This document shows, piece after piece, positions 10,171 to 17,798 of a stretch of 24,000 bases of DNA. The stretch lies in contig NZ_CP093300.1 in NCBI RefSeq assembly GCF_022812285.1, positions 4,577,171 through 4,601,170 on the forward strand, read 5' to 3'. Source of the DNA: Alkalihalobacillus sp. LMS39 (GTDB lineage: Bacteria > Bacillota > Bacilli > Bacillales > Bacillaceae_F). The number at the start of each line of letters is the position of its first letter. The stretch's first letter is position 1. The notes under the pieces are model-generated. The model had not been told where the DNA came from and searched no databases. It saw nothing but the letters and a program-made list of their open reading frames with translations. Made by a program: the position numbers and the translations under genes.

Positions 10171-10354
10171 AACGGACACTTGTTCCGCTATTTCAACTAA
10201 AATAGCGTTTTCACAATTTCTATCGGACATCTGTTCCGTTAATCTAGCATTTCACCCGCGCTAAGTCCTGAGATGAGGCGAATAGCGGAACACATGTCCG
10301 TTAAAAATGAGAGACAGCTATTTTCCGCTTAAATAACGGAACAGATGTCCGATA
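10171..10354. repeat. Structured intergenic repeat, copy C
   Basis: Modules are aacggacacttgttccgctat (10171), tatcggacatctgttccgttaa (10221), aatagcggaacacatgtccgtta (10281) and ataacggaacagatgtccgata (10333). It begins 15 nt downstream of the lipoprotein gene stop. Confidence 0.9.
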
Positions 10355-10368
10355 AGAAATCGCCCACT

Positions 10369-10758
10369 CTACTTTTCTTCGAATTCTTCGCCATCTTCGG
10401 TAACAACGACAAGTTCACCTTTAATTTTACTGACTCCAATTAGAATATAAGGATTGTTTTCATCGGTTTCTTCTTGTTTCTCAGTAACGGTTATTGTCGT
10501 TCTTTCTTTCGTTGTTTCTAATTCAACGAACTCTAATGTTTGATTTGGCGTTCCAGTGGAAACGACTACCATCTTTTTTCCTTCAGAAATGGTAAAAACA
10601 GAGTACCCACGGAAATCTGGAAGAGAGAGTTGAAGATGGTTGACATAGGATGCCACTTCTCCTACTTCTCCTACCCTTTCTTTCTCTAGCACCCATGTGT
10701 TATTTCCACATGCTGATAATACAAACACCATTACGACAAGCATTAGCCATTTTTTCAT
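10369..10758 (-). CDS. Small secreted lipoprotein of unknown function
   Basis: From ATG 10758 the protein begins MKKWLMLVVMVFVLSACGNN, a signal peptide with the lipobox L-S-A-C. GAGGAAGGGG SD. The ORF-track start at 10800 adds 14 unsupported residues. Confidence 0.7.
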   Translation of the reverse strand: MKKWLMLVVMVFVLSACGNNTWVLEKERVGEVGEVASYVNHLQLSLPDFRGYSVFTISEGKKMVVVSTGTPNQTLEFVELETTKERTTITVTEKQEETDENNPYILIGVSKIKGELVVVTEDGEEFEEK

Positions 10759-10801
10759 AATAAACCCCTTCCTCGTACTGCTTAAAAATCTGTGTCCCAC
10801 G

Positions 10802-10846
10802 CAAAAAAGAAAACTACCGCTCTCTGTTCACATGGTGGCGGTAGTT
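10802..10846 (-). terminator. Rho-independent terminator after the sortase gene
   Basis: On the minus strand: AACTACCGC (10846..10838), a 17-nt loop, GCGGTAGTT (10820..10812), then TTCTTTTTTGC. Confidence 0.8.
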
Positions 10847-10852
10847 ATATGT

Positions 10853-11419
10853 CTATTCTTTTGGCGTTGCATAAATGATATACCGTTCTGGTGCATTCCC
10901 AACAAAATTAAACGGATAGCATGTAATAACAGTCAGAACTTCATCCGGACTTGTTGAACGAATAACCGTCCGGTCGTCTGCATCGACGATTTCCGTATCT
11001 TGAATGATGTATTCATAGTCACCGTATGGCATTTCTACAATAAAAGAATCGCCAATTTCAAGCTCACCTAATTTTGTAAACACGGTATCACGATGACCAG
11101 ATAGAACAACTTGATCAAGCTGACCTGGAAAGGCAGTGCCTGGATAGTGGCCAACACCACGCATTAACTCATCTTCATCTACACCATATACAATTGGCAA
11201 TTCTCGGTCCAGAGCAGGAATTTGTAATATCCCAATCGTGTCACCGATTTCAGCTGTAAAATCATTAGGGTCATATTCTTCGTCTACTGTTTCCAAACCA
11301 ACACGTGCTTCAACTAAGGCTTGTTCTTGCAGCAAATTCGATTGCCAAATTTGCCATGCACTAAATGCAATTAGAATAACTCCCCCACCCATTAATAAGA
11401 AGGAAAAAAATTTACCCAT
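10853..11419 (-). CDS. Sortase (class D-like transpeptidase)
   Basis: 188 aa with an N-terminal membrane anchor. It has the catalytic His motif LSGHRDT, the catalytic Cys motif LTVITCYPF (TLxTC-type) and a conserved Arg in APERYIIYA. Its ATG overlaps the TAA of the upstream LRR gene by 1 nt (TAATG). Confidence 0.85.
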   Translation of the reverse strand: MGKFFSFLLMGGGVILIAFSAWQIWQSNLLQEQALVEARVGLETVDEEYDPNDFTAEIGDTIGILQIPALDRELPIVYGVDEDELMRGVGHYPGTAFPGQLDQVVLSGHRDTVFTKLGELEIGDSFIVEMPYGDYEYIIQDTEIVDADDRTVIRSTSPDEVLTVITCYPFNFVGNAPERYIIYATPKE

Positions 11420-12531
11420 TACATCAACTTCTTTCTCCTTTTTGAAAAGGCAAATGCTACTGTTCCAATTACAAACATACTTGCCCCGACTATAAGAAAA
11501 TTATACATGCTTGTCGCCGTTTTTGGAAGCGGTTTTCCTACTTCTTCACTTTTTAATTCCTTATTCACTTTTGTTGTTTCTGGTTTAACTTCCTCTTCCA
11601 CATTTTTACCTTCCGTTATAATATGGTCTCCTTTTTTTTCTTCAATAGTTGGTTTTGTAACATGCACAGGACTTTCGATTTCTTCTTCTAGATTCTCTTC
11701 TACTATTTCCTCATCTAGATTCTCTTCATCCTCTATTGTTTCTTCTTCTCGGTTGTCAGTTACATCTTCTTGAAGTGGAAGAGTAGGACCCCCTACTAAT
11801 ATAACAACCGTAGAGTTTTGCCAAGGATTATCTAATATCATATCAATTGCGAATATATACCATGTATCTGGATCCAAATTTTCTACTTTGTAGCTGTTCG
11901 TCTCTTTTATATTTACGTTTTGCACGTTAGAATTTTCTCTTAGAATGCTTCTATCTGTTAGATACTCTACCGGGAAATGAAATTCCCACTCTAATGTCAT
12001 TGAACTTTCAGTCGCATCGACGATTTCAAAAGAAAGCATATTGTCAAAAATAACAATTACTTCTTTTAAAAACAGTTCTTGTAATACATCATTTTCTTTT
12101 GTCCCATCTTCAAACACAAGAGGATTTTCATAAATATCAACATACTTTAAACTTTCCATCGTCAACAACACATCAATATTTTGTATAGTGCCGTTTGAAA
12201 GTTTAAGAACCTCTAAATCCGATAAGCTACTAAGAGGAGAAAGCTCTGTAATGGAATGGTTATGTATAGCTAAATGTTTAAGGTTCTTTGCATACTCTAG
12301 TCCATGTAAACTGGTAGGACCATCAATTTCCCATATTTCTAACCTTTCCAACGCCAATAAATCTCTATCATATATTGGTCCACTTGGAATGTTTAAAGTT
12401 TGTCTTACTGCATTTTCAAGTACTGCACTTTCGAATACAACTTCTTCTTGAGCCGTTTCTGCACTAACAGTTGATATAAATAGAATATTTACGATGAAGA
12501 CTACTAAAAATATAAATTTAAATTTCCCCAT
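11419..12531 (-). CDS. Cell-wall-anchored surface protein: signal peptide + leucine-rich repeats + Fn3-like domain + acidic linker + LPKTAT sorting signal
   Basis: It has a signal peptide (FLVVFIVNILFISTVSAETAQ) and internalin-like ~22-residue LRRs (LKHLAIHNHSITELSPLSSLSDLEVLKLSNGTIQNIDVL). An Fn3-like segment follows (SSMTLEWEF...YKVENLDPDTWYIF). Then comes an E/D-rich linker. The C-terminus is LPKTATS + hydrophobic helix + KRRKKLM. Confidence 0.85.
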   Translation of the reverse strand: MGKFKFIFLVVFIVNILFISTVSAETAQEEVVFESAVLENAVRQTLNIPSGPIYDRDLLALERLEIWEIDGPTSLHGLEYAKNLKHLAIHNHSITELSPLSSLSDLEVLKLSNGTIQNIDVLLTMESLKYVDIYENPLVFEDGTKENDVLQELFLKEVIVIFDNMLSFEIVDATESSMTLEWEFHFPVEYLTDRSILRENSNVQNVNIKETNSYKVENLDPDTWYIFAIDMILDNPWQNSTVVILVGGPTLPLQEDVTDNREEETIEDEENLDEEIVEENLEEEIESPVHVTKPTIEEKKGDHIITEGKNVEEEVKPETTKVNKELKSEEVGKPLPKTATSMYNFLIVGASMFVIGTVAFAFSKRRKKLM

Positions 12532-12614
12532 ATCATCTTCTCCTTTTTTAGCAATTCTTCTATATTATACTAAAAAATAATCAAATATAGAGATTTTCTA
12601 GTAGAATAGTTAAA

Positions 12615-12634
12615 CCCCCTGATTTTTCAGGGGG
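12615..12634 (-). terminator. Hairpin terminator after the chitinase gene
   Basis: CCCCCTG (12615..12621) / CAGGGGG (12628..12634) form a 7-8 bp stem around a T/A-only loop. On the minus strand it is followed by only TTTAAC, so the T-tract is weak. Confidence 0.5.
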
Positions 12635-12642
12635 TGAAATGA

Positions 12643-14619
12643 CTAATCATGCAAATACAACTTTCTTCTTTTTAAAATATATAGTAACGTTCCAGCTAGT
12701 GTCAGTACACTTCCTACTACTAAGTACGTATAAAAATTTGTCGCTGTTTTCGGAAGCTTCTTTCCTTCTTCCTTCTCTTCTTTTTTCTCATTTTCCTTGT
12801 TGTCATTTACTGGCGGGACAGTACCTTCGTCTTTATCTTTATCTTTATCATTGTCTTCTTCTTCATCCTCAACCGGAGGCATTGGAACGCTTGGCTCTTT
12901 TTCATCATCATCTGTCGGTGGTGTTGGTGTCACAGGTGCTGGTGGCGTTTGCCCGAAATTTAATCCTTCAAATAACACATCGAGTAATGTTCCATTTTTA
13001 TCACCGTGAAATTCCCAAAACATCGCTCCACCTAATTGTAAATCTTGAATATGAACGACTTTATGAGCCATTGACTCCGCATCATCATAAGAGATGAAGG
13101 TACCTGTTTCTTCGTTAAATAAGAACGGAACTTTTGCAACATCATTCCAATAACGGATATAGCCATTTTGATTAATATAGTTGCTTTCAAGGTCTTGGAA
13201 ATCGTACACACCAGGCTCCCACGTTCCAGGTGGTGCTGGTCCTGTACAGTTTGCATATTGACCATAAATCGGTGTTCTTTCTATCTCTTGCTCTTCTTCA
13301 GCCGTTTCTTCCATGTCTTCTACAATTTCTTCTTCTGTTTCACGCAATTTTTCAGTTTCTTTGGATTCTGCTTCTACTTCTTCTGTTTCATCTGTTTCTA
13401 TTATTTCTTCGTTTTCTACTTCTGTCTCTACTTCTTCCACCGATTCTGTTTCTTCTTGTTGTTCTTCATCTACCGTTCCTTCATCTTCATTTATATTTTC
13501 TCGTTCGTCAGTATCGGTCCCATCGTTAGATTCCGTTGAAGTGACTTCTAGTTGTTCTACACTCTCTTGACTCGGATTTTCGACGATTTCCTCATAAGCG
13601 CACCCACCCCAAGCTCGGCCGTAAAAAGGAACACCCATGACGAGTTTTTCTGGGGGAACACCGTGGTTTATGTGCCCTTCCACTGCGGCCGCAACATTAA
13701 ATACTTCAGCACTAGGAACTCCCGCTTCTTTTGCAGCTTCGTCAAAATACAACGGAGCATTATGACCACTAATCGCTTGCCAGCCTCCATTAAAGTCATA
13801 TGTCATAATATTAATAAAGTCTAGGATTTCGGCGATTTTTTCCATTTCATTGTTTTCAAGATATGTTGGACTCGCACTAGAGGCAATCGTTAATAAATAG
13901 CGTTTCCCATCTTCTTCTCCTGCTTTATCAAGCGCATCTCGTACCGCTTGCAACAGAAGCGTATGGTTTTGCTTATCAAGAGGGGAGCGGCTATTTCCCG
14001 GCATTCCACCACTTACTGGATATTCCCAGTCAATGTCAACGCCATCCATTTGATAAGTACGGATAAAATCAACGGCCGATTGCGCAAATGTTTCGCGTGT
14101 TTCAGCTGTCATCGCTACATCAGAGAAACGATTCGACCACGACCATCCTCCAACTGAAATTAAAGTTTTCAAATGTGGATGCTTTTCTTTTAGTTTAACA
14201 AGCTCGTATAAATTCCCTGCAAACGGTTGACCTTCCTCATATCTTCCATATTGACTATCTGTATCAATCCACGGATCTCCTAATACGATCGTTCCATTTG
14301 GGACATCAATGACTTCTTCACCAGGACCTTGACAAGGGCTTGTCCCTGCCCATGTGTCTGGATTTCCCCTTTCTCCATTCCAGCAAATATCAGCAAACGC
14401 GTAATTAATATGGGTGACTTTGCTTGCATCAATGTCTGCCGGAAAATACTGCCTTTCGTATGCAGACCATGACGTATAATAGCCCACGATTTTTTTGTAA
14501 TCCCCCGCTTTTGCTTTCACTTGTTGCGTCGACATCAATGGGATAAATAATGAAAATACGAGTAACAAGCTTACTAGAATCATAACCCATTTCCGATCGA
14601 CAACCGCATGTCTCATCAT
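12643..14619 (-). CDS. GH18 chitinase, sortase-anchored (LPKTAT), with a ~105-aa acidic insertion inside the catalytic domain
   Basis: It has a signal peptide, the GH18 motifs SVGGWSWS and DGVDIDWEYP (DxxDxDxE catalytic motif), MTYDF, GVPFYGRAW and GAMFWEF. The C-terminus has a P/T and D/E/K-rich linker, then LPKTATN + TM + KRRK. GGAGGA SD 6 nt before ATG 14619. Confidence 0.9.
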   Translation of the reverse strand: MMRHAVVDRKWVMILVSLLLVFSLFIPLMSTQQVKAKAGDYKKIVGYYTSWSAYERQYFPADIDASKVTHINYAFADICWNGERGNPDTWAGTSPCQGPGEEVIDVPNGTIVLGDPWIDTDSQYGRYEEGQPFAGNLYELVKLKEKHPHLKTLISVGGWSWSNRFSDVAMTAETRETFAQSAVDFIRTYQMDGVDIDWEYPVSGGMPGNSRSPLDKQNHTLLLQAVRDALDKAGEEDGKRYLLTIASSASPTYLENNEMEKIAEILDFINIMTYDFNGGWQAISGHNAPLYFDEAAKEAGVPSAEVFNVAAAVEGHINHGVPPEKLVMGVPFYGRAWGGCAYEEIVENPSQESVEQLEVTSTESNDGTDTDERENINEDEGTVDEEQQEETESVEEVETEVENEEIIETDETEEVEAESKETEKLRETEEEIVEDMEETAEEEQEIERTPIYGQYANCTGPAPPGTWEPGVYDFQDLESNYINQNGYIRYWNDVAKVPFLFNEETGTFISYDDAESMAHKVVHIQDLQLGGAMFWEFHGDKNGTLLDVLFEGLNFGQTPPAPVTPTPPTDDDEKEPSVPMPPVEDEEEDNDKDKDKDEGTVPPVNDNKENEKKEEKEEGKKLPKTATNFYTYLVVGSVLTLAGTLLYILKRRKLYLHD

Positions 14620-14749
14620 CTTCGTTCCTCCTCTTTATACATGTGTTATTTCGAGTACAGAAGTACCCAAACTGGAAAACATCCTTATTGGAAAGAGCGT
14701 CTTAGATGTTCGTTCAGAAAAAACAATTATAAATATTCGGAATATTTAA

Positions 14750-14765
14750 CTAGATGACTATACCA
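14750..14765 (-). promoter_or_regulatory. Operator-like 16-mer, proximal copy (minus strand TGGTATAGTCATCTAG)
   Basis: It is the inverted partner of 14840..14855 and differs at one position. It lies 131 nt upstream of the chitinase ATG and immediately downstream of a TATAAA hexamer on the minus strand. Confidence 0.45.
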
Positions 14766-14839
14766 GTTTATAATAGATTTATAGTTGAAACAACCTCCCC
14801 TAAAGTACTATTTTGCATGCGCTTTTACTACTTCTTTAT

Positions 14840-14855
14840 TGGTATAGTCATATAG
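14840..14855 (+). promoter_or_regulatory. Operator-like 16-mer, distal copy (plus strand TGGTATAGTCATATAG)
   Basis: It is the inverted partner of 14750..14765 with a 74-bp spacer between them. It contains a tandem TATAGTCA TATAGTCA. Confidence 0.45.
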
Positions 14856-14896
14856 TCATTTAAGAGGAAGGCACTTGACTGCTAAAGGACAAGTCG

Positions 14897-15080
14897 TATC
14901 GGACATTCATTCCGCTATTTCAGACAAAACAGGCATTTTCAGGTTCTTATCGGACATCTGTTCCGCTATTTGCCCAAATGAGCAGTCAAACTACCTTGTT
15001 TGGTTAAGATAACGGAATAGATGTCCAATACATCTCAGAAACTGCTATTTTCATTAAAATAGCGGAACAGATGTCCGTTA
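14897..15080. repeat. Structured intergenic repeat, copy D
   Basis: Modules are tatcggacattcattccgctat (14897), tatcggacatctgttccgctat (14948), ataacggaatagatgtccaata (15009) and atagcggaacagatgtccgtta (15059), giving spacing 51/61/50. It lies downstream of the exonuclease gene terminator. Confidence 0.9.
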
Positions 15081-15116
15081 ACTAATACCGTAGTTCGATT
15101 TCCCCCGTTTTAACAG

Positions 15117-15146
15117 AAAAAAACACCCCTCATCATTATAGGAGTG
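15117..15146 (-). terminator. Candidate rho-independent terminator overlapping the exonuclease stop codon
   Basis: The minus-strand stem is CACUCCU (15146..15140) / AGGGGUG (15130..15124), with one G-U pair. It has a 9-nt loop and is followed by TTTTTTT (15123..15117). Confidence 0.55.
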
Positions 15147-15792
15147 CTTTACTCGGATTATCTGTAATATGAAGTAAATCAGCGAGCGTTGTTTTTCCGC
15201 GTTCTTCAAGCAATCGAAGCATTTCAACAAACAAATATGCCGTTGTCAAAGCATCGCCGATCGCACTATGGCGTTCAAACATATTTGTGCCAAACGTGCG
15301 GGCATAGTGGGATAAATCTCGCATATCCCATGACGGATTTAAATAGCCGATTAAATCGAGTGTATCGATAAACTGCGGCTGTTCAAATGTATGCTTTTCT
15401 CTTTTGAGTTCTTTTTTTAAAACAAGAACATCAAAGCTAACATAATGTCCGACCCATCCCGCGCTTTCGGAAGCTTCGATAAATTGAAAAAACTGTTCAA
15501 TTGCTTCTAATGCCTTTGGTGCTTCTTTCACTTTTTCTTCTGTAATTCCTGTTAAACTTTTAATCTCTTTTGGAATCTCTCGTTCTGGATTAACATAAGA
15601 ATGAAACGTCATATCTGTTACTTGTAACCCTTCGACATGGACAGCCCCAATCTCCAATAAGCGGTCTTTTGCTCCGACAGCAAAGCCGGTTGTTTCTGTA
15701 TCAAAAATTGTAAATGACATATCTTTTAACTTTTTATTTAATGGAGGTTGGTGGTCAAGTGTGTAATGGAGTTTTTTCTTTTTCCAAAACAT
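15136..15792 (-). CDS. DEDDh 3'-5' exonuclease (DNA polymerase III epsilon-like)
   Basis: 218 aa. Exo I motif FTIFDTETTG. Exo III-type motif HSAIGDALTTA (H-x4-D). AAAGGAGGAG SD. Confidence 0.85.
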   Translation of the reverse strand: MFWKKKKLHYTLDHQPPLNKKLKDMSFTIFDTETTGFAVGAKDRLLEIGAVHVEGLQVTDMTFHSYVNPEREIPKEIKSLTGITEEKVKEAPKALEAIEQFFQFIEASESAGWVGHYVSFDVLVLKKELKREKHTFEQPQFIDTLDLIGYLNPSWDMRDLSHYARTFGTNMFERHSAIGDALTTAYLFVEMLRLLEERGKTTLADLLHITDNPSKALL

Positions 15793-15866
15793 AAATGCTC
15801 CTCCTTTGCTTGAGGTTGTGTCACCCCTTTTTTATATGACCCGTTCGTTTAGACACAACATCTCAA

Positions 15867-17798
15867 TTATGTCATTCCAAATTCTCGTAACGCTTGCTGT
15901 TGAAGAGACCGAATCGTTTTTAATGCTGCCATCAGTTGCTCTTTGTCACGTGAGCGCAGATGGGTAAAATGAATATCACTTGTTTGTGTTTCATTTCGTT
16001 TTTGTTTTGTCCATCCTTGATCGACACGGATTTTTAGGATCGTTTCATACGCGTATAAAAGCTCTTCAACAAAAGAGGGAGTAAAGACACCTCTTTGTTG
16101 CAATGCGTCGATTTTTTGCTCTGGAAAGCCACCAACAATATGATGCTGAGCAGCAAGCATTTGCAAAGAATGATGAAATGGAAATAGAGCTTCTTTTTTT
16201 ACATCTAACGTCGTTCGTTTCACCCGAAATAACGCTCGAATCGGATGATCGAGTGTTGGAACGGGATGTTCTCGTTCTTGTTTGGCCATTCGGTAAAAAA
16301 AGATGCGGGAATGACTTAGTTCGGTATTTACGATTTGTTCAAACTCATCATAAAGATGACGGTCACCATGAACAAAACGGAAGGATAAAAAGTTTTGCGC
16401 AAGGAGGATATTTTCATTTGTTGCTCGAATGCCCCACCTTCTAATTTTTTCTTTCCAATCTGTTACAGTTCCTCGCCACGCTTTTTCACTTGCCATCATT
16501 TTTCCTAGACATTGAGAATATCCTGCTTGTTCGAGGTGACGGACGATTTCCTGACTTACGTTTTCAAAATACACTTCGGCTCCTTCGCCTTCCCCATAGA
16601 CAAGAAAATGGTCTTGGTCTGTCAGCAAAAATTGTTCTCCTCTTCCCCCGCTCCCCATTTGCATAAAGCAAAACGAGGCAGGCGGCATGCCACCTCCTTT
16701 TTCATATACAGACTGGACGGCGAGTTCCACACAATGGGAAACAAGGCGATCATATAATTTTGTAATGATTTCTAATGAGTGCGTTGTCGGGATTCGGTCT
16801 TGAATTAAATGCCCGAGCACTTCATAAATCGCGAGCTTGACTTCTGGTAATGTATCAAACGATGCGTCTTCGATCGTTTGTAAAATTTCCATCGTACCAC
16901 GATTCTTTTTCCGTAATAAATCGGCCATCGTCACCATACCGACGACATGATCATTTTCTATGACCGGCAAATGTTTAATTCCATTCATTAAAAAACTCGA
17001 CATCGCCTCGTAATAATACGCATCATAAGAAATCGTATACGGGTTTTCCGTCATCACGTTTTCAACAACCATTGTGTTTGGATGACCTTCACCAACAATA
17101 CGAGTCACAACATCTTTTTCCGTCATAATGCCAACAAGTTTGTTTTGTTCGTTTAATATAACGACTGAACTTGTTTGGTTTTTTGCCATTTTTTCTACGA
17201 CTTCTTTAACGGTTGCTGTCGTATACACAGATACAACAGGTTCATTCATCACATCTGCCATTCGTCTGACAAACGGTTCACTTTCGCCCCACTGACTTGC
17301 AAGCTTCACTTGTTCTGCTAACGAACCATAAACATCCTGCAAGCGAACAGCTAGCTGCCGGAGAATAAAGTCTCGTACTGATTCATCGTGCCAACGTTCT
17401 TCGATGACAGAATACGGAATTTGCAAGCAATGACAGTTCGACACTGCCATTACTTCAACGGTATAAGAAGGAGAGCTATGTTTTGTTTCTCCTAAAAAAT
17501 CAGCTAAACTGGAAAATCCAATTATGTCCCCCGCTTCAAGCACTTCAAGCACTTCTTTATCATGAAAGCTATCGTCATTTTGAATATAAACTTCAGCCAT
17601 TCCAGATAACAGCAGTAAAAGCCCTTCGCGTGGTGTTTTCGAATAAAGGACTTTTTCTGATTTTCCATATTCCTTTAACATACATTGTTCAAGCAGTTGC
17701 TCAAACTCACGAATGGGCACCCCCAAAAAGAGGGGGTGCTTATGAATTTGTTCGAGTTGGTTATTTTCCGACCGACTCATCCATCCATACCTCACCAT
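15867..17798 (-). CDS. Signal-transduction protein: cyclic-nucleotide-binding domain + CBS pair + DUF294 nucleotidyltransferase + DUF294 C-terminal domain
   Basis: The N-terminal ~140 aa are cNMP-binding-like. Tandem CBS motifs span about residues 180-300. The nucleotidyltransferase signature is MGSGGRGEQFLLTDQDH (GS-x9-D-x-D). A helical domain forms the C-terminus. The start is either ATG 17798 or, more likely, ATG 17780 (GGTGAGG 9 nt upstream). Either start overlaps the 3' end of the symporter gene, by 38 or 20 nt. Confidence 0.8.
   Translation of the reverse strand: MVRYGWMSRSENNQLEQIHKHPLFLGVPIREFEQLLEQCMLKEYGKSEKVLYSKTPREGLLLLLSGMAEVYIQNDDSFHDKEVLEVLEAGDIIGFSSLADFLGETKHSSPSYTVEVMAVSNCHCLQIPYSVIEERWHDESVRDFILRQLAVRLQDVYGSLAEQVKLASQWGESEPFVRRMADVMNEPVVSVYTTATVKEVVEKMAKNQTSSVVILNEQNKLVGIMTEKDVVTRIVGEGHPNTMVVENVMTENPYTISYDAYYYEAMSSFLMNGIKHLPVIENDHVVGMVTMADLLRKKNRGTMEILQTIEDASFDTLPEVKLAIYEVLGHLIQDRIPTTHSLEIITKLYDRLVSHCVELAVQSVYEKGGGMPPASFCFMQMGSGGRGEQFLLTDQDHFLVYGEGEGAEVYFENVSQEIVRHLEQAGYSQCLGKMMASEKAWRGTVTDWKEKIRRWGIRATNENILLAQNFLSFRFVHGDRHLYDEFEQIVNTELSHSRIFFYRMAKQEREHPVPTLDHPIRALFRVKRTTLDVKKEALFPFHHSLQMLAAQHHIVGGFPEQKIDALQQRGVFTPSFVEELLYAYETILKIRVDQGWTKQKRNETQTSDIHFTHLRSRDKEQLMAALKTIRSLQQQALREFGMT

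Noticed and set aside
12564-12569. A perfect TATAAT sits upstream of the LRR/sortase genes as a possible promoter -10.
   Set aside because: No acceptable -35 lies at 16-18 bp (the best candidate, TTGATT, is only 9 bp away) and there is no TG extension. It was not called as a feature.
12639-13097. Plus-strand ORFs 12639..13097 and 12797..13009 lie opposite the chitinase 3' end.
   Set aside because: They are antisense to a well-supported GH18/LPKTAT coding region and have low-complexity composition and no SD.
13168-13570. Three overlapping plus-strand ORFs (13168..13539, 13230..13529, 13313..13570) encode F/L/S-rich proteins.
   Set aside because: They are the antisense image of the GAA/GAG-rich acidic insertion of the chitinase gene. 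They are low-complexity stop-free runs in several frames, with no start context.
14814-14827. A possible cre box (TGCATGCGCTTTTA) lies upstream of the chitinase gene.
   Set aside because: It has two mismatches at conserved positions (the A at position 5 and the C at position 13). It is biologically plausible but not supported by sequence alone.
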